Of a stretch of 64,000 nt of DNA, positions 29,301 through 39,826 are shown piece after piece. Within the stretch, counting starts at the first letter, position 1. Each line of letters opens with the position of its first letter. The DNA comes from an uncultured Solirubrobacterales bacterium. Lineage in GTDB: Bacteria > Actinomycetota > Thermoleophilia > Solirubrobacterales > 70-9. Location: contig CAWFPS010000001.1 of assembly GCA_963817905.1 (NCBI GenBank), positions 131,647 through 195,646 on the forward strand, read 5' to 3'. Under the pieces are notes generated by a model. That model made no database searches. It was not told the origin of the DNA and worked only from the letters and a program-made list of their open reading frames with translations. The position numbers were made by a program, and so were the translations under genes.

Positions 29301-32300
29301 CTCCACCGAAGCGAGCGCCTGGTCCTCCTGCGCCTCCCCGCAGTCCTACGCCTCGCTCACAGACGGTGCCCACACCTTCCAGGTCCGCGCCACCGACGTC
29401 GCCGGCAACGCCGACGGCTCACCGGCCGCCTTCAATTGGACGGTGGACACGACGCCGCCCACGGCGACGATCGACTCCGGCCCCTCCGGGCTGACCAACG
29501 ATGCGACCCCGAGCTTCGAGTTCCACTCCTCCGAGGCAGGCTCTGCCTTCGAGTGCTCGATCGACACCGGCACTCCGGCCTACGGCCCCTGCTCGGGCCC
29601 GGGCTCCCACACCCCCGCCGGCGCCCTCGCCGACGGCCCCCACACCTTCCGCGTGCGCGCCACCGATGCCGCCGGCAACCTGGGCACGGCGGCGACCCGG
29701 GCCTTCACCGTCGACACCACCGCCCCGCCGGCGCCCGAGCTGACCTCCACGGCACCGCCCTCGCCGGCGAACAACAACTCGCCCAAGGTGATCGGCTCGG
29801 CCCCGGCGGGCTCCACCGTGCGCCTTTACTCCGGCGCGGACTGCTCGGGCACCCCGCTTGCCACCGTCTCGGCCGCCCAGCTGGCCGCCGGGATCACCGT
29901 CTCGGTCCCCGATGACTCGAGCACCTCCTTCCACGCCACCGCGACCACCGCCGCCGAAAACACCTCCGGCTGTTCGGCCCCGATCGCCTACGTCGAGGAC
30001 TCGAGCGCGCCGCAGACCCAGATCGACGGGCACCCCGGTGCACTCAGCGCCTCGGCCACCGCCCAGTTCGAATTCTCCGCCAGCGACGGCTCCGGCTCGG
30101 GCGTCGCCTCCTACCAGTGCCGGATCGACTCCACCCAGGGAGTGGACTGGAACGCCTGCACCTCGCCCAAGGCCTACACCTCGCTCGGCGAGGGAGCCCA
30201 CAAGCTCGAAGTGCGGGCAATCGACGCCGCCGGCAACACCGACGCCACGCCGGCCGACTTCGAGTGGAGTATCGACACGGCAGCCCCGCAGACCCAGATC
30301 GATACCCACCCGGCCACCCTCGCCACCAGCGCCGCGGCCCAGTTCACCTTCTCGGGCACCGACGCCGGCGGCTCGGGGGTCGCCTCCTACCAGTGCCGCC
30401 GCGACTCCAGCGAAGCGAGCGCCTGGGTCTCCTGCACCTCGCCGCAGTCCTACGCCACCCTCGCCGACGGTTCCCACAGCTTCGAAGTGCGGGCGATCGA
30501 CCAGGCCGGCAACGCCGACGCCTCACCGGCCGCCTTCTCCTGGAGCATCGACACCACCGCGCCGCAGACCCAGGTCGACACCCACCCGAGCTCACCGAGC
30601 AACTCCGCCGCGGCCCAGTTCGCCTTCTCGGGCACCGACACGGGTGGCTCGGGCGTCGCCTCCTATGAATGCCGCCGCGACTCGAGCCAGGCAGCCGACT
30701 GGGAGGCCTGCAGCTCACCGAAGAGCTACGCCTCGCTCGGCGAGGGAGCCCACAGCTTCGAAGTGCGTGCGGTGGACGTTGCCGGCAACGCCGACGGCTC
30801 ACCGGCCGCCTTCAACTGGACGGTGGACACGACGCCGCCGAATACCCAGGTCGACTCTCACCCGACATCGCTCACCACCGCCACCTCGGCCCAGTTCGCC
30901 TTCTCCGGCACCGACACTGGCGGATCCGGGGTCGTCGCCTACGAATGTCGCCGTGACTCCAGCGAACAGAGCGCCTGGGCAGCCTGTGCTTCTCCCAAGA
31001 ACTACAGCGCCCTCACCGACGGCGGCCACAAATTCGAGGTTCGCTCGGTGGACGCCGCCGGCAACGCCGACCAGAGCCCCGCCAGCTTCGACTGGAGCAT
31101 CGACACCACCGCCCCCGAGACCCAGATCGACGCCCACCCGGCGGCGCTCTCGATCTCCTCCTCGGCCCAGTTCGCCTTCTCCGGCACCGACCTCGGTGGC
31201 TCGGGCGTCGCCTCCTATGAATGCCGCCGCGACTCCACCGAAGCGAGCGCCTGGTCCTCCTGCGCCTCCCCGCAGTCCTACGCCTCGCTCACAGACGGTG
31301 CCCACACCTTCCAGGTCCGCGCCACCGACGTCGCCGGCAACGCCGACGGCTCACCGGCCGCCTTCAATTGGACGGTGGACACGACGCCGCCCACGGCGAC
31401 GATCGACTCCGGCCCCTCCGGGCTGACCAACGATGCGACCCCGAGCTTCGAGTTCCACTCCTCCGAGGCAGGCTCTGCCTTCGAGTGCTCGATCGACACC
31501 GGCACTCCGGCCTACGGCCCCTGCTCGGGCCCGGGCTCCCACACCCCCGCCGGCGCCCTCGCCGACGGCCCCCACACCTTCCGCGTGCGCGCCACCGATG
31601 CCGCCGGCAACCTGGGCACGGCGGCGACCCGGGCCTTCACCGTCGACACCACCGCCCCGCCGGCGCCCGAGCTGACCTCCACGGCACCGCCCTCGCCGGC
31701 GAACAACAACTCGCCCAAGGTGATCGGCTCGGCCCCGGCGGGCTCCACCGTGCGCCTTTACTCCGGCGCGGACTGCTCGGGCACCCCGCTTGCCACCGTC
31801 TCGGCCGCCCAGCTGGCCGCCGGGATCACCGTCTCGGTCCCCGATGACTCGAGCACCTCCTTCCACGCCACCGCGACCACCGCCGCCGAAAACACCTCCG
31901 GCTGTTCGGCCCCGATCGCCTACGTCGAGGACTCGAGCGCGCCGCAGACCCAGATCGACGGGCACCCGGCCAATCCGGTCAGCTCGGCGATCGCGACGTT
32001 CACCTTCTCGGGCACCGACACCAGTGGCTCCGGCATCGCCGGCTATGAATGCCGCCTCGACTCGAGCCAGGCAGGCGATTGGTCGCTGTGTACCTCACCG
32101 AAGAGCTACGCCTCGCTCGGCGAGGGAGCCCACAGCTTCGAAGTGCGTGCGGTGGACGTTGCCGGCAACGCCGACGGCTCACCGGCCGCCTTCAACTGGA
32201 CGGTGGACACGACGCCGCCGAATACCCAGGTCGACTCTCACCCGACATCGCTCACCACCGCCACCTCGGCCCAGTTCGCCTTCTCCGGCACCGACACTGG

Positions 32301-35300
32301 CGGATCCGGGGTCGTCGCCTACGAATGTCGCCGTGACTCCAGCGAACAGAGCGCCTGGGCAGCCTGTGCTTCTCCCAAGAACTACAGCGCCCTCACCGAC
32401 GGCGGCCACAAATTCGAGGTTCGCTCGGTGGACGCCGCCGGCAACGCCGACCAGAGCCCCGCCAGCTTCGACTGGAGCATCGACACCACCGCCCCCGAGA
32501 CCCAGATCGACGCCCACCCGGCGGCGCTCTCGATCTCCTCCTCGGCCCAGTTCGCCTTCTCCGGCACCGACCTCGGTGGCTCGGGCGTCGCCTCCTATGA
32601 ATGCCGCCGCGACTCCACCGAAGCGAGCGCCTGGTCCTCCTGCGCCTCCCCGCAGTCCTACGCCTCGCTCACAGACGGTGCCCACACCTTCCAGGTCCGC
32701 GCCACCGACGTCGCCGGCAACGCCGACGGCTCACCGGCCGCCTTCAATTGGACGGTGGACACGACGCCGCCCACGGCGACGATCGACTCCGGCCCCTCCG
32801 GGCTGACCAACGATGCGACCCCGAGCTTCGAGTTCCACTCCTCCGAGGCAGGCTCTGCCTTCGAGTGCTCGATCGACACCGGCACTCCGGCCTACGGCCC
32901 CTGCTCGGGCCCGGGCTCCCACACCCCCGCCGGCGCCCTCGCCGACGGCCCCCACACCTTCCGCGTGCGCGCCACCGATGCCGCCGGCAACCTGGGCACG
33001 GCGGCGACCCGGGCCTTCACCGTCGACACCACCGCCCCGCCGGCGCCCGAGCTGACCTCCACGGCACCGCCCTCGCCGGCGAACAACAACTCGCCCAAGG
33101 TGATCGGCTCGGCCCCGGCGGGCTCCACCGTGCGCCTTTACTCCGGCGCGGACTGCTCGGGCACCCCGCTTGCCACCGTCTCGGCCGCCCAGCTGGCCGC
33201 CGGGATCACCGTCTCGGTCCCCGATGACTCGAGCACCTCCTTCCACGCCACCGCGACCACCGCCGCCGAAAACACCTCCGGCTGTTCGGCCCCGATCGCC
33301 TACGTCGAGGACTCGAGCGCGCCGCAGACCCAGATCGACGGGCACCCCGGTGCACTCAGCGCCTCGGCCACCGCCCAGTTCGAATTCTCCGCCAGCGACG
33401 GCTCCGGCTCGGGCGTCGCCTCCTACCAGTGCCGGATCGACTCCACCCAGGGAGTGGACTGGAACGCCTGCACCTCGCCCAAGGCCTACACCTCGCTCGG
33501 CGAGGGAGCCCACAAGCTCGAAGTGCGGGCAATCGACGCCGCCGGCAACACCGACGCCACGCCGGCCGACTTCGAGTGGAGTATCGACACGGCAGCCCCG
33601 CAGACCCAGATCGATACCCACCCGGCCACCCTCGCCACCAGCGCCGCGGCCCAGTTCACCTTCTCGGGCACCGACGCCGGCGGCTCGGGGGTCGCCTCCT
33701 ACCAGTGCCGCCGCGACTCCAGCGAAGCGAGCGCCTGGGTCTCCTGCACCTCGCCGCAGTCCTACGCCACCCTCGCCGACGGTTCCCACAGCTTCGAAGT
33801 GCGGGCGATCGACCAGGCCGGCAACGCCGACGCCTCACCGGCCGCCTTCTCCTGGAGCATCGACACCACCGCGCCGCAGACCCAGGTCGACACCCACCCG
33901 AGCTCACCGAGCAACTCCGCCGCGGCCCAGTTCGCCTTCTCGGGCACCGACACGGGTGGCTCGGGCGTCGCCTCCTATGAATGCCGCCGCGACTCGAGCC
34001 AGGCAGCCGACTGGGAGGCCTGCAGCTCACCGAAGAGCTACGCCTCGCTCGGCGAGGGAGCCCACAGCTTCGAAGTGCGTGCGGTGGACGTTGCCGGCAA
34101 CGCCGACGGCTCACCGGCCGCCTTCAACTGGACGGTGGACACGACGCCGCCCACGGCTACGATCGACTCCGGCCCCTCCGGGCTGACCAACGATGCGACC
34201 CCGAGCTTCGAATTCCACTCCTCCGAGGCAGGCTCTGCCTTCGAGTGCTCGATCGACACCGGCACTCCGGCCTACGGCCCCTGCTCGGGCCCGGGCTCCC
34301 ACACCCCCGCCGGCGCCCTCGCCGACGGCCCCCACACCTTCCGCGTGCGCGCCACCGATGCCGCCGGCAACCTGGGCACGGCGGCAAGTCGTTCCTTCAC
34401 CCTGGATGCATCGGTGCCCTCGCCCCCGCAGCTGAGCGCCACCGTCCCGTCTACGCCGTCAAACGACAATTCGCCAAAGGTCGTCGGCAGTGCTCCTGAC
34501 GGGACCACAGTCCGCCTCTACGCCAGCGCCGATTGTTCAGGAGGAGCGATCGCCGTCACCGGCGCCGCTGGCCTCGCGGCGGGTATTGCGGTCACCGTTG
34601 CCGACAATTCGACGACCCGATTCAGCGCCACAGCCACATCGCCGGCCGACATCACATCGACCTGCTCGGCGGCACTCACCTACGTCGAGGACTCAAGCGC
34701 CCCGCAGACCCAGATCGATTCAGGGCCGAGCAATCCGAGCGCGAGCGCGAGCGCCGACTTCGCCTTCTCCGGAGTCGACAGCGGTGGAACCGGAATCGCC
34801 TCTTATCAGTGTCGCCTCGATTCGACCCAGGATGCGGATTGGACACCCTGCAGCTCGCCTCAGAGCTACGCCGGCCTCGCTGACGGAACCCACGGCTTCC
34901 AGGTGCGGGCGCTCGATTGGGCCGGCAATGTCGACGGCAGCCCTGCCGGCTACGACTGGAACATCGACACCAGCGCGCCGGACAGCAAATCGCCCGACAC
35001 GCTGGCCCTGCGCGCTCCAGTGCGCCTCTTGCGGATCAGCTATGACCGGCGCCGGGGAACCGCGCTCCTCATCTTCGACGTTCCCGGACCCGGCACGCTC
35101 TCGGCGAGCGTTCCGACCGCGTCGCCGCGCAAGGGTTTGAGCAGCGCATCCCGACGTAACGCGATCCGCCGACAGCGCTCACACCAGATCGAACCGAAGA
35201 GCGTGCGCGCTGTGAGGGCCGGCCGGGTAATGCTGCCGATCCGGCTAAGCCGCGCCGGTCGCAAGCTGCTGCGTGAAAACGGCAGGCTCAGGGTCAGAAT

Positions 35301-35415
35301 GCGGATCAGCTTCAAGGCCAAGGGCGAGGCTACCGTCAGCCGAATGCTGGCGATCACGCTGAAGCGCCGCGACCTCCACCGGCTGAAGCGCAACCGTCAC
35401 CACAGCAGGAGCTAG
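17360..35415 (+). CDS. giant repetitive surface protein (about 6,000 aa when reconstructed); head region carries five +1 frame breaks
   Basis: The colinear protein is spread over ORFs 17360, 17391, 17785, 18200, 18807 and 19102. It begins with the signal peptide MAKLCQGIVAVALLLLGGQGVFA. The head matches the N,N-dimethylformamidase-beta-like family (DISVNHGQAVRFKIKT, YHLDIYRMGYYGG, LLFQTADSTWQAYNRYGGNSLY, FLSVGHDEYWS, AFFSGNEIFWKTRWE, WTGTWRDPRF, GALVFGAGTVQWSWGLD). Then come a DUF4082-like region (GYITGLRFYK..GTGTHVGHLY), an FN3-like domain, 5 NNNSPKV-type Ig-like domains and about 48 two-Cys 92-aa domains. Confidence 0.85.
20335..28895 (+). repeat. 31 tandem 276-bp coding repeats (92-aa two-Cys Ig-like domain)
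   Basis: The unit consensus is QIDSGP.ALSAS..A.FEFSGTDSGGSGVASYECRIDSTE..W.SCTSPKTYNSLADGAHKFEVR.ID.AGN.D.SPA...WTVDTTAP.T. Shadow ORFs recur at offsets of 276 and 552 bp (for example 24260, 24812, 25364). Confidence 0.95.
29170..34151 (+). repeat. nested kb-scale duplications inside the giant gene
   Basis: 29170-30839 equals 32482-34151 (offset 3312). 29170-30035 equals 31102-31967 (offset 1932). 30716-31967 equals 32096-33347 (offset 1380). I judged identity from identical shadow-ORF translations in several frames (for example 29419..30477 = 32731..33789, and 29289..29915 = 31221..31847 = 32601..33227) and from junctions read by eye. Confidence 0.85.
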
Positions 35416-35449
35416 GTCAACAACCCGCCAGCGTCACCCGCCGAACCCG

Positions 35450-37747
35450 CTAGGGCTCGGGGATGGTGGCGAGATTGTCGTCCCAGACGTTGCCCGACCA
35501 AGTGACGGAGCCGGAGAAGTAGGCACCGATGCCGTAGCTGCCACCGTAGGGGTAGAGACCGCTGGAGTCTGAGCCGCCTTTGCAGAGCCAGTGACCATTT
35601 TCTTTGGTTTCGGCTGAGCCTAGGCAGCGGGCGATGTGATTGCCGGTGATCGTGGTCTGGGCACCCGAGGGATTGGTGCTGTTGGCCTGTGGGTAGAACA
35701 CGTAGCCGCCGCCGGCCAGCAGGCTATTTGTAACCGTGAAATTGTTGCCGCCACCGCAGATCGTATCCCCGAACACCGTCGCCGTCTGGTTGACCGCGTT
35801 GATCAGGGTCGAGTGGTTCACGTTCACCGTTTCGGAACAGATATAGATGTTCTCCGCGTGGGCGCCCGAGTAGATCGAGGAGACGACCATGTAGGAGTCC
35901 TTCACGGTGGCCCCGCCCTGGACGCACTCGTTGCAATTGTAGAAGTAGTCACGTTCGAGCGTGACGCCGCTGAATCCACGAACAGCGGCCTCTATCGTGT
36001 TCGATCCGCTGCCTTTGCCTCCCGCGGTTACGTCTTTGATTACGTTGCCGGAGCCGTTATTCGTGATCGCCTGCGTACCGCTGCCGCTCGCGGTCGAGAC
36101 GATCTTCACGTTTTCGATCGTCACGTTGTTGGCGTTGATCGTGATCTTGCCGCTGACTTCCTTGTCCTTGACGATCGTACCGTTGGTCGAGACGGTGATA
36201 GAGCCGGACGGAGTGAGGCTCCCCGATGCGCCGGTATTTGTTTCGTCCGGATAGCCGCATGTGTGCGGCGAGGCGAAGCAGTGGCTGCCGGAGGAGGGGG
36301 CCGATTCGACCGTCCATGTCGCCGTCGCCGGCGTCGCGTCGGTGTTGCCCGCCGCGTCAGTTGCCCGTACGGAGAAGGTGTGAGACCCAACCGCCAGGCC
36401 CGAGTAAGCCTTGGGAGACGTACAGGCGCCCCAGGAGGCACTGTCGAGCTTGCAGGCAAAGGTAGAGCCCGTCTCACTGGCCGAGAAGGAGAAGCTCGCC
36501 GCGGTGCTGGTCGTGTTAGCAGCGGGCTGCGAGGAGATCGTCGTCTGCGGCGGAGTGGTGTCGGGTGGGACCGGCAGTTCTTCGACCGTCCATGTCGCCG
36601 TCGCCGGCGTCGCGTCGGTGTTGCCCGCCGCGTCAGTTGCCCGTACGGAGAAGGTATGAGACCCAACTGCCAGGCCCGAGTAAGCCTTGGGAGACGTACA
36701 GGCGCCCCAGGAGGCACTGTCGAGCTTGCAGGCAAAGGTAGAGCCCGTCTCACTGGCCGAGAAGGAGAAGCTCGCCGCGGTGCTGGTCGTGTTAGCAGCG
36801 GGCTGCGAGGAGATCGTCGTCTGCGGCGGAGTGGTGTCGGGTGGGACCGGCAGTTCTTCGACCGTCCATGTCGCCGTCGCCGGCGTCGCGTCGGTGTTGC
36901 CCGCCGCGTCAGTTGCCCGTACGGAGAAGGTGTGAGACCCAACCGCCAGGCCCGAGTAAGCCTTGGGAGACGTACAGGCGCCCCAGGAGGCACTGTCGAG
37001 CTTGCAGGCAAAGGTAGAGCCCGTCTCGCTGGCCGAGAAGGAGAAGCTCGCCGCGGTGCTGGTCGTGTTAGCAGCGGGCTGCGAGGAGATCGTCGTCTGC
37101 GGCGGAGCGGTGTCGGCCGGTTCTTCAGTTTCTTCAGGCGGTTCCGGATCTTCGGTGCCCGTTCGGACCGGAAAGGATTGGCGATTGGAATCGGTTTCGC
37201 CGTCGGCATCGGTAACCGTCAGCTTTACGTACTTAGTGTCGGCCACCTGGAACACAAAGGGGAGCTGGCAACCTGTGTGGGTCTCCCAGACGGTACCCCC
37301 GCTCAGGTCTTCGAATGACCAGGTGCAATGCAGCGGCGCGTCGCCCTGAGAGGCGGTCCCGTCGAGCGTCAGCTGGGCGCCCGTCAGCGCATCGGCGGGG
37401 GTCGTCCAGATAGCGTGCGCCAAGGTATTCGGCGGTATTTCTTCTCCCGGAGCTACTTCCGGAGGGGTCGGTTCGGGTGGTATGGGGCTCGGGTCTTCAC
37501 GATGGCCGTGCTGGTGGCGGTGGGTGTGCAGCGCCACTCCCGCGGACACGCCGACCTTCGTAGAGTTGCGGCGAGCCGCCTTTTCGGTTGGGGAGAGAGC
37601 CGATCGGTGGCCAAAGAGCCCGCTGGACTGTGCGAGTGCAACGCCGGTTCCCAGAAGGGCCAGCGCGGTGCAGGCAACCAGTACTGCAATCGTACGGAGG
37701 CGGCGCCCCTCGCGGGGCCTGTCAGACGAAAGCTTTTTCCCGATCAT
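35450..37747 (-). CDS. secreted PKD + 3x two-Cys Ig-like + beta-helix protein
   Basis: The product has a signal peptide (IAVLVACTALALLGTGVALA) and a His-rich stretch (HTHRHQHGH). A PKD-like region follows (LTLDGTASQGD...YVKLTVTDADGETDS). Then come three 92-aa repeats (FACKLDSASWGACTSPKAYSGLAVGSHTFSVRATDAAGNTDATPA) and a C-terminal CGYPDETNTG beta-helix domain paralogous to 296-1267. Confidence 0.9.
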   Translation of the reverse strand: MIGKKLSSDRPREGRRLRTIAVLVACTALALLGTGVALAQSSGLFGHRSALSPTEKAARRNSTKVGVSAGVALHTHRHQHGHREDPSPIPPEPTPPEVAPGEEIPPNTLAHAIWTTPADALTGAQLTLDGTASQGDAPLHCTWSFEDLSGGTVWETHTGCQLPFVFQVADTKYVKLTVTDADGETDSNRQSFPVRTGTEDPEPPEETEEPADTAPPQTTISSQPAANTTSTAASFSFSASETGSTFACKLDSASWGACTSPKAYSGLAVGSHTFSVRATDAAGNTDATPATATWTVEELPVPPDTTPPQTTISSQPAANTTSTAASFSFSASETGSTFACKLDSASWGACTSPKAYSGLAVGSHTFSVRATDAAGNTDATPATATWTVEELPVPPDTTPPQTTISSQPAANTTSTAASFSFSASETGSTFACKLDSASWGACTSPKAYSGLAVGSHTFSVRATDAAGNTDATPATATWTVESAPSSGSHCFASPHTCGYPDETNTGASGSLTPSGSITVSTNGTIVKDKEVSGKITINANNVTIENVKIVSTASGSGTQAITNNGSGNVIKDVTAGGKGSGSNTIEAAVRGFSGVTLERDYFYNCNECVQGGATVKDSYMVVSSIYSGAHAENIYICSETVNVNHSTLINAVNQTATVFGDTICGGGNNFTVTNSLLAGGGYVFYPQANSTNPSGAQTTITGNHIARCLGSAETKENGHWLCKGGSDSSGLYPYGGSYGIGAYFSGSVTWSGNVWDDNLATIPEP
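36300..37125 (-). repeat. 3 tandem 276-bp coding repeats
   Basis: Shadow ORFs 36411, 36687 and 36963 are identical and spaced 276 bp apart. This is the same period as the giant-gene array. Confidence 0.9.
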
Positions 37748-37892
37748 GCTCGAAATGTCGGATGGAGGAATGTGACCCGGAAGATCCCCGCGTTACCTCA
37801 GACGGATATATGAGTCACCTGGCGCATTGCCGGAAGTGAGCGTCCGTAGTCCGCCGCATTCGACCGGAAATTCGGATAGACGCGGCTGAGTG

Positions 37893-39050
37893 CTACCCGG
37901 GAAAATCTGCCACGACTGCCGCGACTCGCCCAATTTCGCCGTCGCCGATCGTAGGGAAGACCGGCAGTGAGCAGCTCTCTGACGCCAGTCGCTCTGCTAC
38001 GGGCAGGCTGCCGGTGGCGAGGCCCAGGTTGGCGTAGGCGGGCTGCAGGTGGATCGGCGTCGGGTAGTGGATCGCGTTCCCGATGCCGTTGGCATCGAGA
38101 TGCTCGCGGAGGGCGTCGCGCTCCTCCGACCTCACGACGAAGAGATGGAAGACGTGGTCGCCGTCGCCGGTGGGCGGAGGAGGGACGATTACCTCGCAAG
38201 CCTTGAGCGCATCGCACAGAGCCGCGCCGGCAGCACGGCGGCGATCGTTTGCCTCGGGCAAGCGTTTCAGCTTGGCTCGCAGGATCGCGGCCTGAAGCGC
38301 GTCGAGGCGGTCTGTTCGGGCCGGTATCTGGTGATGGTGGCGGCTGCCCTCGCCGTGCGAGCGCAGCAATCGGACCCGCTCGGCGAGCATCTCATCGTTT
38401 GTCACGACGGCGCCACCGTCGCCCCAGGCACCGAGGTTCTTCGTCGGGTAGAAGCTGAAGCACCCGGCATTCCCCAATGAACCAACGGGACGCCCGTGGT
38501 AAAGGGCGCCATGCGCCTGGCAGGCGTCCTCGACGACGAGGACGCCGCGCGCACGGCAGAGCGCCAGCAGCGGCTGCATTTCGACCGTGCGACCGTAGAG
38601 GTGCACCGGGATCACGCAGCGAGTACGCGGGGTCAACGCCGCTTCGACGATCTCGGCCGTAAGCAGGGCCGTCCTCTCGTCGACGTCAACCAGGCAAGGC
38701 GTTGCGCCGACGGCACTTACTGCCTCGGCGGTGGCGATGAAGCTGTTGGTGGGAACGATCACCTCGTCGCCCGGACCAACGCCCAGCCCGCGCAGCGCAA
38801 GCTCCAGGGCCGCGGTTCCGGAAGAGACTCCGACGGCGTGCTCGGCGCCGCACCAAGTCGCGAACTCGCGCTCGAACCCCTCTACCTCGGCACCCAGTGT
38901 GAACGCGGCGTCTGCCGCGACCCGCGCGACGATGTCGGTCAGCTCTGCGAGCAAGATGGGGTCGGCGTTGTCAAGGCGGGTAAACGGCACCTTGCCGGTG
39001 GCCGCCGGCGTTGGTGCCAGTACCCTGAGTGAGGCGCTCCCCTGGCTCAC
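37893..39050 (-). CDS. DegT/DnrJ/EryC1/StrS-family sugar aminotransferase
   Basis: Recognised motifs are EVEGFEREFATWCGAEHAVGVSSGTAALELAL, VIVPTNSFIATAEAV and FSFYPTKNLGAWGDGGAVV (the PLP lysine). The GTG start overlaps the regulator stop (GTGA). Confidence 0.9.
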   Translation of the reverse strand: MSQGSASLRVLAPTPAATGKVPFTRLDNADPILLAELTDIVARVAADAAFTLGAEVEGFEREFATWCGAEHAVGVSSGTAALELALRGLGVGPGDEVIVPTNSFIATAEAVSAVGATPCLVDVDERTALLTAEIVEAALTPRTRCVIPVHLYGRTVEMQPLLALCRARGVLVVEDACQAHGALYHGRPVGSLGNAGCFSFYPTKNLGAWGDGGAVVTNDEMLAERVRLLRSHGEGSRHHHQIPARTDRLDALQAAILRAKLKRLPEANDRRRAAGAALCDALKACEVIVPPPPTGDGDHVFHLFVVRSEERDALREHLDANGIGNAIHYPTPIHLQPAYANLGLATGSLPVAERLASESCSLPVFPTIGDGEIGRVAAVVADFPG

Positions 39051-39772
39051 GCCGTTGCCTGCCCCGAGCTCGCGATCCGTACCGGCGCGCGCTGCGTGTC
39101 AATCGAGTTCCGCTCAAGATCGACGAATACGGCCACGGCCTCCTTGCGGGAATGCACGCCGAACTTGGCGAAGACAGACGCGAGGTGGCTCTTGATCGTG
39201 CTTTCAGCCAGATAGAGGCGCTCAGCGATCTCTGCGTTTGTGAGGCCTTGGCGGACCAGCGCGATCACCTGGTGCTCGCGATGGGAGAGGTTGGGCCGCT
39301 CGAGGCCGGCACGCAACTTGCGTGGCACCACGGTCTGGCCGCTTGCGACGGCGCGGATCGCGGCGGCCAGCGTCAGCTCGAGCTCGGAGTCGAAGACGAG
39401 GGCATCGGCGCCCGCGTCCAGCGCGCGGCGTACGCCGGCACCGGTCACCGGCGGCGAGACGGCGACGACGGCCGCACGCCCGCACTCGCGGCAGAGGCGG
39501 CGAAGTTCGGTGACCTGTTGCGGCAGGTCAATATCGCAGGCAAAGATGACGATCGTCGACTCGTCAGCTTCGAGTCCCTCGTCGGCTGCCGGCAGCGACG
39601 CATTGGGCTCTGGTCGCAAATTCAACTTGTCGATCGCGATCGCTATCTGCTGGCGCCTAGCCGGGCTCTTGCCGATCACAAGCGCCCTGGTGAGACCGGC
39701 GCAATCTGCTGCACTAGTGAGCGACTGCTCGTCTACGGCTGACATGCAGAAAAAACGGTCGCGAGCCGTCAT
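39047..39772 (-). CDS. LuxR/FixJ-type response-regulator-like transcription factor (atypical receiver)
   Basis: The C-terminal HTH reads LSHREHQVIALVRQGLTNAEIAERLYLAESTIKSHLASVFAKFGV. The N-terminal domain is REC-like (IVIFACDIDLP). The usual DD acidic pair is replaced by ALVIGKSPARR. ATG 39745 is an alternative start. Confidence 0.8.
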   Translation of the reverse strand: MTARDRFFCMSAVDEQSLTSAADCAGLTRALVIGKSPARRQQIAIAIDKLNLRPEPNASLPAADEGLEADESTIVIFACDIDLPQQVTELRRLCRECGRAAVVAVSPPVTGAGVRRALDAGADALVFDSELELTLAAAIRAVASGQTVVPRKLRAGLERPNLSHREHQVIALVRQGLTNAEIAERLYLAESTIKSHLASVFAKFGVHSRKEAVAVFVDLERNSIDTQRAPVRIASSGQATA

Positions 39773-39826
39773 TGCTTGCGCGCGGCGCCGCGGAAGTCGC
39801 CCGGAGCGTCGGGCGTTTGTCTGTAT

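Noticed and set aside
20335-34151. CRISPR-like or satellite interpretation of the very regular 276-bp periodicity
   Set aside because: The units are contiguous with no spacers, sit in one open frame of 16 kb, and encode a coherent 92-aa domain. They are coding tandem repeats.
20381-34500. Dozens of 60-520-aa ORFs in other frames and strands inside the repeats (for example 20381..21172, 27572..28648, 28102..29061, 29419..30477, 29858..31426)
   Set aside because: They are Pro/Arg/Ser/Thr- or Gly/Arg/Val-rich low-complexity translations that simply echo the repeat period. They overlap the strongly supported giant ORF.
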